DNA from: the human T2T-CHM13v2.0 reference genome, Homo sapiens
NCBI RefSeq assembly: GCF_009914755.1
Contig: NC_060942.1
Length of the DNA: 64,000 nt
Reading direction: 5' to 3' (one strand)
Part shown: positions 17,391-31,099 of the stretch, one piece after another
How the letters are laid out: each line of letters begins with the position of its first letter
Position numbering within the stretch: the first letter of the stretch is position 1
The notes under the pieces: model-generated
Database searches by the model: none
What the model was told of the DNA's origin: nothing
What the model saw: the letters and a program-made list of their open reading frames with translations, nothing else
Translations under genes and position numbers: made by a program

Positions 17391-18086
17391 CCCACATAAT
17401 CAAGTAGGAAAGTTGGAAAATGTGGAGGAGGTGATTTGCAACTACACGAGAAGAAAATTCAAGGCAACTTTCACATCCACTAGCAAGATGTTGAACCAGT
17501 ATTTCACATAGGAAAAGACAGAAAGGAAGAAATCAGAAAGAATTACACACACGCAAACACACACATCCATATCAACCGCTCCTTAGTCTTCTTCAAAAAG
17601 TGCTCAGCATTGTAACCTGAAGGTGTTTCTTGTCCTGCCATCAATAGAACTTGTGCAACGGCATGGTTTGCCCTACATCAGCAACATCCCACTCCTGTGC
17701 CTGGTCCTCATATAAATAATGACAAACATTTTGAGATAGCTAATTGTGGTCAGGAATGTAGTATAGGTATATGGAAAAAGTGATCCTCTGTGTGAAGCCA
17801 ATGGGTCATTTCTTTTTTGAGGAGAGGTGTTGGGGGTGGGTGTTCCTTTCTTGCTGATTCTCTGATTGGTTGATTATGAGACATTTTTATCTAGTAACTT
17901 GGTCTTCTCAAATGTCAGTTCTTGTCTTAGATTTTTGTTTCATAGTTAATGAGTTGATGTTTGAATCTAGTTGGGCTACTTCTCAGTGGCAATCACCTCA
18001 CCTATGAATTGAGGAAATATCTTTAGCAAAGTAAGAAACAAAGAAATCTCCTACTCTCCCTATAAGAAGAACATGTTTCTTTAGAT

Positions 18087-18308
18087 TAGGCGTTCTCAGT
18101 CTTGGCATTATTGACATTTTGTACCAGATAATTCTTTCTTGTGAGGAGCTGTCCTGGTCATTATAGAATGTTTAGCAGCATCCTTGGTCTCTACCCAGTA
18201 GAACCAGTAGCACCTCCCTCCCTGCCCAGTTGTGACAATCAAGAGTATCTCTAGACATTGCCAAATGCCCTCTGGGGGACTAGATTGCCTCCTGTTGAGA
18301 ACAACTGG
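18087..18308. mobile_element. MER20 (hAT-Charlie)
   Basis: ttctcagtcttggcattattgacatttt...agacattgccaaatg...gttgagaacaactg. Confidence 0.92.
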
Positions 18309-19224
18309 TTTTAGTTCTTTGAACCTTTATAAAGAAATGAGTGTATATGAATAATTTTTATGGTATTCCCGTATTATAATTTATAGCAGTATATTAAAAC
18401 TAATCTCCTGTGGCGCAAGAGCTAATTAATTTGTGTTAGTAAAGGGCTTTGAGATCCAAAACTGAAAGTAGTTACAAGGAACAAATATCATTACAATGAT
18501 TTATTTGTATCCTGTTATTTAATGTTACGATATGGATGAGGTTTTGCAATTTATTATCATAAGGTGAAGGAGAACTCATTGCCTGCCAAAATGAAAATAT
18601 ACAGTAGATACAGTAATATATCTATTCCATATATTTTAACAGGGAGTTGCCTGCTTGCATTTATCAACTGTGTTAGGTGAGGGTGAATTATGAGACCTCA
18701 CACGAAAAGGTGTATCTCTTTTTATGCACTCATAATTCAGAAATAGTGGCTGAATGAATTTGGAGAAGATCACTTTCTTAAAAAAAAAAAAAAAAAAGCA
18801 CTATAGGACTCAGGTCAGCTTGAGGGATTTCAACTCCCAGAATTATTTCTGTGCCTAGGGGAGTATTAAAGTGAACTAATCAGAAAGTACATGCAAAGTC
18901 GAGAAGGCTGTAACTTTTGTCTTTATTGCTGTGGTCTAGTGTTGTAAGCCGAAGAATCTCAAGCTAACATTTTGAGGTATCATGCTACTTAAACAGGAAG
19001 GTCCTTTTTATTTTTAGTGGCAGATTTACTCATTATTTCTATTTTATAGGTGGAAAAACCAAGTTAGAGGGAGATTATTCATCTGCTGTCTGATGGAGAA
19101 ATTGCTTCAGCTCTTGTCACCTCAGCACTAATCATTAAAAGTAACTGGTACAATCTCTTCAATATTAACCAGGTAAATTACATAGCAGAGAGCCTGGCAC
19201 ACAGTGGCCATGAAGCTGCTGCGT

Positions 19225-19412
19225 CAGACAGTCTGCTGAGGGCTTTAGGCAGATTATTTCATTTGATCCTCATATTAGCCCTAAGTGGTGGTAGTATTAG
19301 CTCCATTTTAAAGATGCAGAAACTGAGGCATAGAGAAATTGAGTTAGTCAGTGATGGATCAAGATGCAAACCTATGCCTGTCTGAGTCCAAAGTCTGTGT
19401 CCTTAACCATTG
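19225..19412 (-). mobile_element. MIR
   Basis: catttgatcctca...ccattttaaagatgcagaaactgaggcatagaga. Confidence 0.85.
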
Positions 19413-19417
19413 GCCCT

Positions 19418-19745
19418 CTAGTGCTGGTCAATACAGTCACCACAAGGCACATGTGGGCTGTGAGCCCTTGAAATGTGGCTAGTCAGAATTACAGTGCAGA
19501 ATTTGTGGTAGGTATAAAACACATCCTGGATTTTGAAGACAAAAAAAAAAGAAGGTAAAATATCTCATATTTTAAAAATATTGCTTATATGTTGAACTGA
19601 TAATATTTTGGATATATTGGGTTAAATAAAAAAGTATTATTAAAATTAATTTCACCTACTTCCTTTTAAACTGTTTTAATGTGTCCACTAGAAAATTTAA
19701 AGCTGCGTATGTGGCTCACATTGTATTTCTGTTGGACAGCACTGC
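19418..19745. mobile_element. MER33 (hAT-Charlie)
   Basis: Terminal inverted repeats agtgctggtcaata / tgttggacagcact; internal gataatattttggatatattgggttaaata. Confidence 0.9.
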
Positions 19746-20122
19746 TAGACCCTGCTATAGCCATCTCTTGTATTTTTACCATAGTTCTCTGCCCACAGTA
19801 AGCCCTCCACATGTTCTGACTCACCCATAATTTATGTAAATATGGACAGAAGCCAGAGAAGAGGAAAAAAATCATAAATTGCCAGGTGATTCCTTGCAGC
19901 ATGAGTAGAATACAGCTTTAAAAACTCAGAACACAGGTGGCAATTTCCAGGACTCAGGGCCCCATCACCCTCCTTCTCTCCCGCCCCATCCTTCCCTCTT
20001 TTTATCAACAAACATACAGGAGGCTTTAGAATAGACCAGGCACTGTGCAAGACCCTAGAAATTACAAAGGTGCATATAACCTAGTTGTTCAGAAGTTTAC
20101 TTCCAAATAGAGAAAACTGATC

Positions 20123-20529
20123 CATACTAGTCTGCCAGAGCTGCAGTAACAAGTTAAGTTGTAGCAAGGTAAGTAACCACAGAGTGGGTGACTTAAACCA
20201 CAGACATTTTTTCTTATAGTTCTGGAGGCTAGAAATCTGAGATCAAGGTATTGGTAGGGCTGTTTTCTTCTGAGTTCTCTCTCTTTGGCCTGTAGATGGG
20301 TCATCTTTTCCCTGTGTTTTCACTTCATCTTTTCTCTGTGTGTATCTGTGTCCACATTTCCTCTTCTTCTAAGGACACCAGTCATACTGGATTAGAGGCC
20401 ACCTAATGACCTCATTTTCAGTTAATCATCTTGGTAAAGGTGTGGTCTCCAAATACGGTCACATTCTGAGGGACTGGGGTTAGACTTCAAGATATGAATT
20501 TTTGGGTGGACACAGTTCCACCCATAACA
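20123..20529 (-). mobile_element. MLT1B-like MaLR LTR
   Basis: ttctggaggctagaaatctgagatcaagg...ggacacagttccacccataaca. Confidence 0.88.
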
Positions 20530-20732
20530 CGACCTATGAAGCAAGTGGTATGGCCACATAGAAGACGGAGTATCTAATTCTTTGTGGGCTGCATGTTGAG
20601 GTGGTCAGGAAAGCCTTACATATGTGAGGTGGGGATTGATGTTCTTTTGAAGGTTAATTTCTTTTTTTCTTCAGTCCAGTATGCTGCCAGCTGCTTTCAA
20701 TCTAGGGAGAACTTAATACAGATATTGAAGGC

Positions 20733-21717
<985 letters not shown>

Positions 21718-22379
21718 CTAAAGGAGCCTAGGGTAGTTAGAAAACTAGTGGTGGTGGCAGGAGTGGGTGGCAGGAATGGGTGGCAGGATTGCTGTGAAGA
21801 AAAGAGTTGTCCATACTTGTGACTGGTTTCAATCCAAAGAGCCAAGTGTATTGGGAGCCTGGTTTGACTCAGCGTATCACTGAAGTTGGAAGCCTCTCAG
21901 GACCCATCACCTTTGGAGGATTTGAGCTTTGGGGCAGTGGATAATTGTATGGGTGTGAACATAAGGAAGGTGCCCCTGGAGTCCAAGTGTGGGGCGTCTG
22001 AGGGGGCTTGGCCCAGCTGGAGCATAACAGCAACATGGTCATGAATTCATTGGATTGTGTACAGGGGACAAGTGGCTGTAAAATGTGTATGGAGTGAACA
22101 AGTATCCAAGGTTTCCAGGACAACACAACAAGGCAAGGAGAGGTAACAGCAGCAGGAAGGATCAGACTCCAATTCTCTCTACTTGGCTTGGCAGTGGATT
22201 GCCCTTTTCAGGGATGAATTAGCCCCTTTGATTTGTTAGAAAAAAAACAAGGTTATGGAGAAGTCTCAAACGGAAGGTGAGTGTTAAAATAATTAACTAG
22301 AAAAAGGAAAGAGAATGTGACTGTCATTGTACTTTGAATTCGTGGACATGATTCCAAAGATAACAGAGTGGGTAGAATG

Positions 22380-22635
22380 TGACCTGGGGGTGGAAAAATG
22401 AGTTGGAGATTTTTAGGAAGGCAAAGTTAAAGGAAGACACTCCTGGAGGAGAAAAGAACAATTGCAAAGACCTAAAAGAATCTGGACTGCTGGAGAAGTG
22501 ATTGCTGGTGCTGTAGAGTTTATGTGGGAAAAGGTGAAAGGGATAAGGCTGGAAAGATACAGCAGTCTGGTGCAACAGTTTCTGTAAATGTGAAAGAATC
22601 TGGACTTTATTGCATAGGTAACAAAGATTTGGTCA
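22380..22635 (-). mobile_element. L2 fragment
   Basis: Purine-rich antisense L2 pattern: aagaacaattgcaaagacc...ctggactttatt. Confidence 0.55.
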
Positions 22636-22702
22636 TGGCAGCTGTGGGACAGGTGAGAAGGAGAGAGGTGCTGGGAGGTGACAGCCACTGCCAGCATCTA
22701 GG

Positions 22703-23539
22703 CAGTGATTCCTGTGATGGAATCTCCAAAGTGGGTGGGGCTGTGGCAAATGACTCACTAGACTGTGGGAAAATAGTAAAACTTATTTATGTATGCTAAA
22801 AAAGCAAGTGAAACATTGCCTGGTATTTATCTACAGAGTGACATTGCACCTTCACCTCATTTAGTCCATATGGTGAGCAGCCATGAGTCATACAGGACTT
22901 GAAGTATTCTGAAGGATAAACAGAGGCTCCACTCCACTCCTTTGCCTGTTTCTAGTGTATTTTTCTGTACATTTGCCTGGCTAAATGTATCCACAGATTG
23001 TTTTATTTGGTCATATCTCATTTAACCTGCACAAAATTGACAAGTAGCTGAAAGAATTCTGAAATGAAACTGCAGATTGAAGGTAGCACTAATACAAACA
23101 ACAGGCAGAGTATGGGCAGATGGCAGAGCAAACCCCTCTATTTCTAGTGCGAGGTCTTTGTCAAACCCCACACGAGGTAAAAACAGTGGCAATGGAATCA
23201 TCTCACAAGAAGTTGGCCCCCAAAATAGAAATCGAGAAGATTATTTAAAATATGAATTTATATCCACTGTTGCTACTGTCAAACCTTAACCTAAATGTAT
23301 ATTGGCCAATAGTAAATTCAGCAAGATATTTAGTAGAAATGTTATTGGCTTCTTTATTATACTTTTCAAAAATATCTTTTTTAAAACGAGTGTTATAATA
23401 TATATATTATTAGAACAATTACATATGTGCATAATCTATAAATAAGTACATATATATGCATATATATATAAAATTAGGGAATGAGCTTTCAGAATTTTTA
23501 CTGAATTGGTTTTCCATTACAAAATTTTGAAGCCTACTG
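22703..23539 (+). mobile_element. Charlie4-like hAT DNA transposon (internally deleted)
   Basis: cagtg...ctccaaagtgggtgggg start, tttgaagcctactg end; transposase-like remnant REDYLKYEFIST in ORF 23077..23289. Confidence 0.7.
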
Positions 23540-24212
23540 CTTTAGGCAATGAGAAATTGCAATAAACACACAGACTGCCTATAGGTCCCTCGTTGCCCTT
23601 TGGGTGTCCTGTGAGTGTTTTTCCATGCTTTACTAATAATCATTTGATGCTTATTAGTCCACTCTAGTCTCTCTTCTCTGGACATCTTGGGTATCCAGGG
23701 TGGCCTGAAGACACAGCTACGGAGCTCCTTTCCATAGCATCCTCCTTTCTAAGAGGGGTCTATTGGTGTCCTTGGACTAAGGGACGATGGGAAGTATCTC
23801 CACCGTTGTCAAATTATGTGGCCTCTGATGACCTGAGGCACAGACCAGGCTTGGCTGCATCTCATAATAGACCTGGATCATTGGTGAGCTTCTGGATGCT
23901 GGCTCAGTGATATTCCCATGCACCCCTCAACAGGAACCTGATGAGTGTCCCTGGCCTCAGTGGCCAGAATCGGGTCTTGGTCTTAGGCTGGCTTTAGGGC
24001 ACTGGAAAGTATTGCTCCCAGTGGTTTCTCTCACTGTTTGCTTATTCTGACTTCCTGGGGGAAGATACTTACTATCAAACAAGGGTGAAGGCTCTGGATT
24101 TTGACAGAGAACCTATTTTATTTGGTCTCTCCCTACTCCAGTTGGTTCCAGCCCAAATCCTCTTTATTCTTTCAACCTGCAATATCCCTCTTTCTTTCTT
24201 TTCTATCACATG

Positions 24213-24612
24213 TGTAAACAGAAAAATCTTAGACAAATTAAATATAACAGAGTTTAATTGAGAAAAAAAATGACTTGTGAATTGGGCAACCTCTGGAGCC
24301 ACAGTAGGCTCAGAGAGACTCCAGTGCAACCATATGGTGGAAGAAGATTTATGGACAGAAAAAGGAAAGCAATATTTAGAAAATGGAAGTGAGGTGCAAA
24401 AACAGCCAGATCGGTTACTGCTCAGCATTTGCCTTATTTGAACGTGGTTTGAACAGTTGGCTGCCTTTGGTTGACATTTGCTGATTGGCACAAGAGTAGG
24501 TTATAGTCTGTTTACATATCCAGTTAGGTTACAGTTCCCTATGCATGGAGAAACCTTTAGGCCAAGCCTAAAATATGTAAGGAGGCAGTTTTAGGTTAAA
24601 CTTGATTTAACA
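24213..24612 (-). mobile_element. MER57-family ERV1 solo LTR
   Basis: Ends aaaatatgtaaggaggcagttttaggttaaacttgatttaaca, the reverse complement of the MER57 start. Confidence 0.85.
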
Positions 24613-25159
24613 TGTGGTTCTTGCTGAAGTACAGAGGAACATAAATGGCCCAAAAGACAAAGCTCCAAATCTCGACAACATTAAACATTTCTCCCTCCTC
24701 AAGGGTAAAAAAGGCCTAGTTTTTGCAGACATGGAGCCAGCCTTCACACAGGAGTTGGGCGTGGAGGGAGAACACATGCTTTCATTCTTTCCTTTGGAGT
24801 TAACACCAAATCCTATCCCAAGGCTAGATCAAATGGCTTCTAACATGGAAAGAAAATAAAAAAGCGTAAAGTAAGATGAATTTTATAGGAAAAATACAAT
24901 TGGAAAACTCAGTATACTTTAAATTTTGTTCTTGGCAGGTAGTCCTTTCAAATGACACCTGGCTTCTGCCATCTCCTGCTTTCTTCTCTTGCTTGCTATG
25001 GTGTAATGTGCTACGGGATCTGCCAAAATGCAGGTGGGCTGTTGCATCCCCATCAGTCCTCAATCACCAGGTGTCTTGTCAGTTCTATGTGGAGGTTCCT
25101 TGGTGCTCAGGCTGCCAGGTCCATTCTGAGCTCCAACTATGCCAGCAGCCATCTGAAAT

Positions 25160-25675
25160 AGTAGGACTCTCGAGTGAAAGAGACTGAAACCAATGCTAGC
25201 TGCTCTCAACACAGTAGGGGCATTATTGGCTCACCTAACTGGAAAGTCCAAGAAGGGAGCCACATTCATAGGCAGCTGGACCTTGCGGCTCCTTGGACTG
25301 AGCACTCTTCTTGGCTGTGCATGAACTCTCCTGGCTTTCTTTCTCACAAAGCTTTGCTCTTGGAGCTGCTCTAAGCCCATATTCTAGTTTCAGTTCTGAG
25401 TCCTGGAGAAAGACCTCTCTTTCTCCCAGAATCCATGTATCAACTTTTATGAGGGGATTTCGATGGGCTTTGCTGGGATCACCTGCCCTTTCCAGAACTC
25501 ATCAGTGTGGCTAAGTGAATGAGAAGCTCTGATTGGCCAGACCTGGCTATCTGCCTTCTTTGTGACTGAAGGGGGTTGTGCTGGTCCTGTCCAGCCCCCA
25601 GAATGGGTTTCCTCAAGGAAAGAGAGGTTCTGGAATGAGAAAGAGGGATTCAGGCAAAGCCAAAACAGGAGCTGT
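25160..25675 (-). mobile_element. Old MLT1 (K/L-like) LTR
   Basis: ttattggctcacctaactggaaagtcc; ctctgattggccagacctgg. Confidence 0.6.
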
Positions 25676-25747
25676 CTGCTGGAAACCTCAAACAGAAATC
25701 ATTTGTGCCACACTTTGTCACCAGGCTACAAAACAGGGAAGCCATAT

Positions 25748-25935
25748 TAATAACAGCTATATCATAAAATATAAGAATTATGTATTACCATGTGCCAGGC
25801 ATTTTTGCCACGTGCTTTGTGCATTCCTGCATTGAATCCTTACAACAATCCTGTGAGGTACATAGTTTAGCCATCCCATTTTCAAGTGAGAAAACGGAGG
25901 CTTGCAGTGAGCGGCTTGCCCACGTCACACGCTGA
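25748..25935 (-). mobile_element. MIR
   Basis: tgtgccaggca...aatccttacaacaatcctgtgaggta...cccattttcaagtgagaaaac. Confidence 0.85.
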
Positions 25936-26477
25936 TACTCCTTGTCTCACAGAGGCTTGACTAACACAGCTCTTTCAGCTTTCACTCAATCCTCCTCCTC
26001 ATTCTTATGATTTACTGTATCCTTTTTAGAGCTCAGGCATGAGTTGGAGGAGGCTCAGAGACAGACATTGTGTGATACTGAAAATCTCCTTCAACTCTTA
26101 CCCTTCTCCTCAACTCCCAGAATCTCTCTTTCTTTAGGGTAAGTTATTTCCCATAGGGCTTTTTGGGGGTTTTAGAGCAAACACTGTTATGGTTCTGAGG
26201 TGGAAATCCTGGCCCCACTCACTCCCACTCCTCTGGTAGATTAGAGTGCAGAGCTTCGTGGGTTCTGTTTTCAGTTCTTGTATTCTTGGAGTTTTCTATA
26301 CTGGACTCCTGGTCTTGTTTTCCAGATGACACCAGAGAGGGGAAGTGGCTCACCTCAGGTCACACAGCTGGCTTGCAGCAGAGCTTTTACCTTTTCATTC
26401 TCGCTGTATGATAGGGCATGTCCCGGCCTTGCAGTGAGTGCTGCAGTGACCCCTGACTCCCCTGCCTCTGTATTCTG

Positions 26478-26690
26478 TTGGTGCAGTGTAAAGTCCTCTG
26501 GACTCAGAGTCAAAGCGGTTGGATTCCAAGCCTGGGTTCAACACTGCCTATTGAGAGATTTTGGATAAGTCTCTTCTCCGAGCCTCAAGTTGTCCTTACC
26601 TAAAATTTGAGGTCATCACATCAGCTCTGTCTACCCAAATGTATTATGGAAGGGCTAAAATCAGGTGAAATATATGAATTGGAAGCTGGA
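26478..26690 (+). mobile_element. MIR
   Basis: ctctggactcagagtc...ctccgagcctcaagtt...taaaatt. Confidence 0.6.
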
Positions 26691-27324
26691 TTGTCCTCTA
26701 TAAATGTTTTTGCTGTATTTTAGTGTAACTCACTGTAAGTCTTCAACAAATATTTTCTTATTAAATGGTTGAATGCAGAAACACTTCTTTCTGAATCAGT
26801 TCCTGAGCCCTGCAGCAATATCCAAATAGTATTTTCTCTGGATTTTGGCTGATAATGGTTATTCACTTGTGCTCTCAGAAAGTTATTCCAAAATGATATT
26901 TAAGTTTTCTTTCTATATTCTCAAGGTAGGTTACTGGGTATTTGCTTAGAAAATGCATGTGTAATCCACAGTGATGGGGCCAGTATGTTTTATAGACCTT
27001 TCCTGATTAAAAATGTTAACTCGTTTGGGAATCTGTGCAAGTTGATTCAGGACTCTGCCTCGCTGGTGGCATGACAGCCAGAGAAACCAAATGAGCACAA
27101 TTTAATCTGGTCCTGGGCAGGAGGAGCTAAAATGAAATCCACCTCGTTGTGTCCTTTGGGTTTTTATCTGTCAGTGAGTCCTGGAAATGTGTCCTAAGAG
27201 ACATTGCAAAAATGGATAGCTCAGGTTTAACCCCTTGTTTCCTCTGTGCGTAGAGCCCGTCCGCTCGGATCTTCATGATCACAGTCAGAGGGCTTCAGAA
27301 TCGTCTCCTTGGGTGGGGCACTCT

Positions 27325-28497
27325 TTATCTTCCCAGCCTGGCTTCCAGATTCATAGTGGACACTTATCAAATTTTGTACCCTGAAATCCCACTTTCATTA
27401 CACCACTCTTTGTTCAAGAATCTTCAGTGTTTTGATACTGTTCAAACACCTTTATCTAGTGTTTGAGGAATTCAAGTATCTGGTCTAATTGACCTGTCCA
27501 ATGCTGTCTTCCATTTACCTTCTCTGTGAATCCTCAACTCTGGAGTAACCAGGTCTATTCTCTGATCCACAAATGTCCCATGTCCCTTCTTGGGCCTTTG
27601 CACACACCCATTGCCCCCACCTGTGGTGGGTATCCCTCTTCTTTTCCCAGCTTCACCTCTATTGACCTCTTCAAATCCTATATATCCTTAGGGCTCTTCA
27701 AATTCTTCCTCCTTCCTGAAACCATCCCTAACAGCTAGGTCTTATAGACGCTTTTCTCTTCTCTGAACTCTGATCACACCTATTGTCTACAACTTTAGCT
27801 GCCCATCTATGTATCCAGCCATCTATTCCATCTAATAGGATTTATTAAGTCAATTTTGTAAACTTATTGATGCAAGGACTATGTATTATACTGCTGGATT
27901 TCCTCCAAAACAACTTATTCATTCAAAAAGTATCAACTTGTGCTAATCAAGACTCTTCTGGTTGAAAGTAAGAGAAATTTAGTTTAAGGTAGACTTGTGC
28001 CCACCGATCAAAAGAAGGAGGGAATCATCGGTGAGATTTGGGAACTCAAACTGTATTTTTAGATTATCTTTTTCTCCCCTTATGTCTTTTTGGTAGGAAA
28101 ATGGCTACTGAAAGCTTCAGGTTTACATCTTCCCAGTTTAGCAAACATTTTGGGAAAAGACACATGTGTGAGCATGTGCACACATGTGCATGAGTGCATG
28201 TGCCTCTCCCTTCATCTATAAATGAATTCAGGGCTGAATTTAACCTGCTTGGATTATTCATTCTTCTTGGCCATTCACTGCTCCCGGGGTGTGAGGTGCT
28301 ATGACTGGTTCTGCCTGGGTCACATGCCCTACTCTGTGGCTGTACATAGTTTGAACTAGGCTTTGTTATCTGACAACCTTACCATGACCAGCGGAATATG
28401 GAAAGAATCAATTCCCCCCACAGAAATCCTCCACATATGTCAGCCCAGAACTCTACATATGGTAAATGCTTGATAAGTATTTATTGACTGAATGATT
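27325..28497 (+). mobile_element. L2 3' region interrupted by an MLT1 LTR
   Basis: gggcctttgcacac...; terminus aagtatttattgactgaatga. Confidence 0.65.
27939..28455 (-). mobile_element. Old MLT1 (K/L-like) LTR
   Basis: aagactcttctggttgaaagtaagagaaa; ctgcctgggtcacatgccct. Confidence 0.55.
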
Positions 28498-29282
28498 TTT
28501 AATCATTCTTAAATGATCAAAATGACTTCAAAACTAACTCAAACTCAGGATTCCAGTATATTATTGTTAAAACTTATTGAAATCCTCCCCAGTGATGTCT
28601 TCCTTTTGGTGTTGGTTTTACCCTGGGGTATTAAAGAAATAGTCTATCTCTACGACCACAAGAGAGCCATGTGAGCATTAAAGACAGCGGTCTTGTTCCC
28701 TTTAAAACATCCCACTTTCAGAATAAACACTCTCATTTCCCAAAACTGCTTCTTATATGCCATGTTTTCCAAATATTGCCATGCTGACTGTTCTTTAGTT
28801 TTTCACTACCTGGCTGAGATGTGGCTTCTAGAACTGAGCAAAATTTTTTGATGTGCTATGACTCTGCTTCACCTCACTAATCCTTTTATCCCAATATTTC
28901 ATTAGAATGTTTTTGCAACCATGTCATTGTGAATATAAGCTCTTAAAATAGGCAATTAGCGAAAATCAGACCTGGCATCCATTTTTCAGTCCTCTTGCAT
29001 TTGGCTTGAGGTGCTCAATTTAGGGATCCAATTGGGTCACAGCTCCCAGCCCTGCTGAATCTCCTGATCACCTTTCTAGCAGCCCAGCAGGTGCTGATAC
29101 AGAGAAGAAGCTGATGATCCAGGTTCCTTGAGCAGTTCAGACTGTCATCCTGGTCCTGGTCCCCTCCAGGCCACATTGATCTAATTTACCTGCCCTTCAG
29201 AGCCAGCAACCAGGAATGACCTTACTTAGATTATATTCTAGGGAAGGTAAACTCATTCAGGCAGATTGAAGGACAAATCAAT

Positions 29283-29565
29283 TGTATTCGTTTTCTAGGG
29301 CTGCTGTACCAAAGTACCACAGACTGGGCTTAAGCAACAGAAATATATTTTCTCAACGTTCTGGAGGCTAGAAGTCCAAGATGCAGTTGTCAGTAGAGCT
29401 GGTTTCTTCTGACATCTCCCTTCTTGGCTTGTAGATGGCCACCTTCTTGCTGTGTCTTCACATGGTCTTTCCTCTGTGCCTGCCTGTGTCCTAATCCCCT
29501 CTTCTTGTAAAGACACCAGTTGTATTAGATTAGGGCCCACTCTAATAGCTTTATTTTACCCTAAC
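29283..29565 (-). mobile_element. MLT1A0/B-like LTR, partial
   Basis: tgtattcgttttctagggctgct...ctggaggctagaagtccaagat. Confidence 0.88.
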
Positions 29566-30799
29566 ACCAGCCAACCAAATTAAGGTGTCATGTGCATGCG
29601 TGTGCAGCTATGTGTAGCACTGGCAGGGAATGGCTATAATCACAGGGCAGGAGAGCTAAGGTGGAAAAATTGGATGGCTTCATTGAAGCCCAGAGTTAAG
29701 ATTAATTCACATGCTGACCATTGCAATGCTGGGCATTGGTTTTTTTCCCCCCATTCTTATTTCCAAGGACATCAGGCCCCAGACTACTGTGAGATGAGTC
29801 AGGGAATCAATGACCAAGTTTTTCACCTAAAAAGAGCTTTTCAAGACTCTGGGTCAACCCAAAGGCACATTAATAGAAGCTCTTAGTTAATATTTTTTCA
29901 GTGATCAGGATGATGGACTAGCAAGTGGGCCTGTTAGGTTTGCTGGTGACACTGTGGACATCATTAAATAACATGCAAATCATTAACTAGGAATGTAGAC
30001 AGGGTGCCAAGACTTAATCGTTTTAATTTCCACCCATGGGTAAACCTCGAGGCAAAAATGTCCTCACCCCTGGCATGAGGAACTGCTCTGAATGCAAAGT
30101 TTGACTCAGCCAGTGAAGTAAAAGAAACTGTAATGGTCTCATTTCTATCTTTTTGAGTAATGATATGCCAGTTTCCCAATAAATTGCATGAAGGTGAACA
30201 AGAAAAATAAGTCTTTGACCTTTCTCATTTATAAGCACACTTAGGTATTTCTTCTCATATCTTATGCTGGCCACAGAGCTTTGCATAGAAGATTTAATTT
30301 CCTGTTGCTGCAGGCATTAAAATGGATCAGACCTCCCTTCCCCCTTCCCTTCTCCCTGAAACCTGAAGCCATCCATGTGGCTTGTCATTCAGGGTATGGA
30401 AAGACAGGACTTGAATTAGGGGTCCTTCCTTTCTTATCAAACTCTTCCTGAAGCACAGAGAAGACAGATGCTCAGTTAGAAAAATTTTGAACGCTGAGCA
30501 GTGAAATATGGCAGTCATATCCGGAGGGTGATGAATATCTTTTATCCAGATAAATGTACTTATAATTTGTTAGTTTAATTACTGCAGCCTTGCAAAGTCT
30601 TGAGCCAGTAATTCCTTTTTCAACAAATTAGAGGCCTTAAATAATTCTGTGGGAAGATAAATCCTTCACTCTGGTTTTTGGACATTTCTCCGAAATTTAT
30701 TTCCAGAACTCAGCTGGGTGCCATTAACATTTTGGTGCAATGACTCTGGTCACATTATAGTCTATAAACATTTTTTTTTTGGACTAGTTTTTGCATTTC

Positions 30800-31099
30800 T
30801 TTCTTTCTCTTTTGGTTTGAGACAAGGTCTCACTCTCTCGCCCAGGCTGGAGTACAGTGGTGTCATCATGGCTCACTGCAGCCTCAACCTCCAACTCAAG
30901 CAATCCTCCTAACTCAGCCTCCTGAGTAGCTGGTACTACAGGCATGTGCTACCACACTCAGCTAATGTTACTATTTCTTGTAAAAACGGGATCTCACTAT
31001 GTTGGCTAGGCTGGTCTTGAACTCCTATCCTCAAGTGATCCTCATGCCTTGGCCTCTCAAAGTGCTGGGATTACAGGTGTACACCACCATGCCCAGCCA
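30800..31099 (-). mobile_element. AluJ
   Basis: catggctcactgcagcctcaacctcc AluJ-type motif; highly diverged. Confidence 0.93.

Noticed and set aside
19050-19172. Splice-like signals ttttatag|...cag|gtaaat
   Set aside because: Stops in all frames, and the acceptor lies in a MIR-like remnant where such signals are commonplace.
23077-23289. ORF with transposase-like EDYLKYEF motif as a domesticated gene
   Set aside because: A short decayed remnant within an internally deleted Charlie element, with no catalytic domain.
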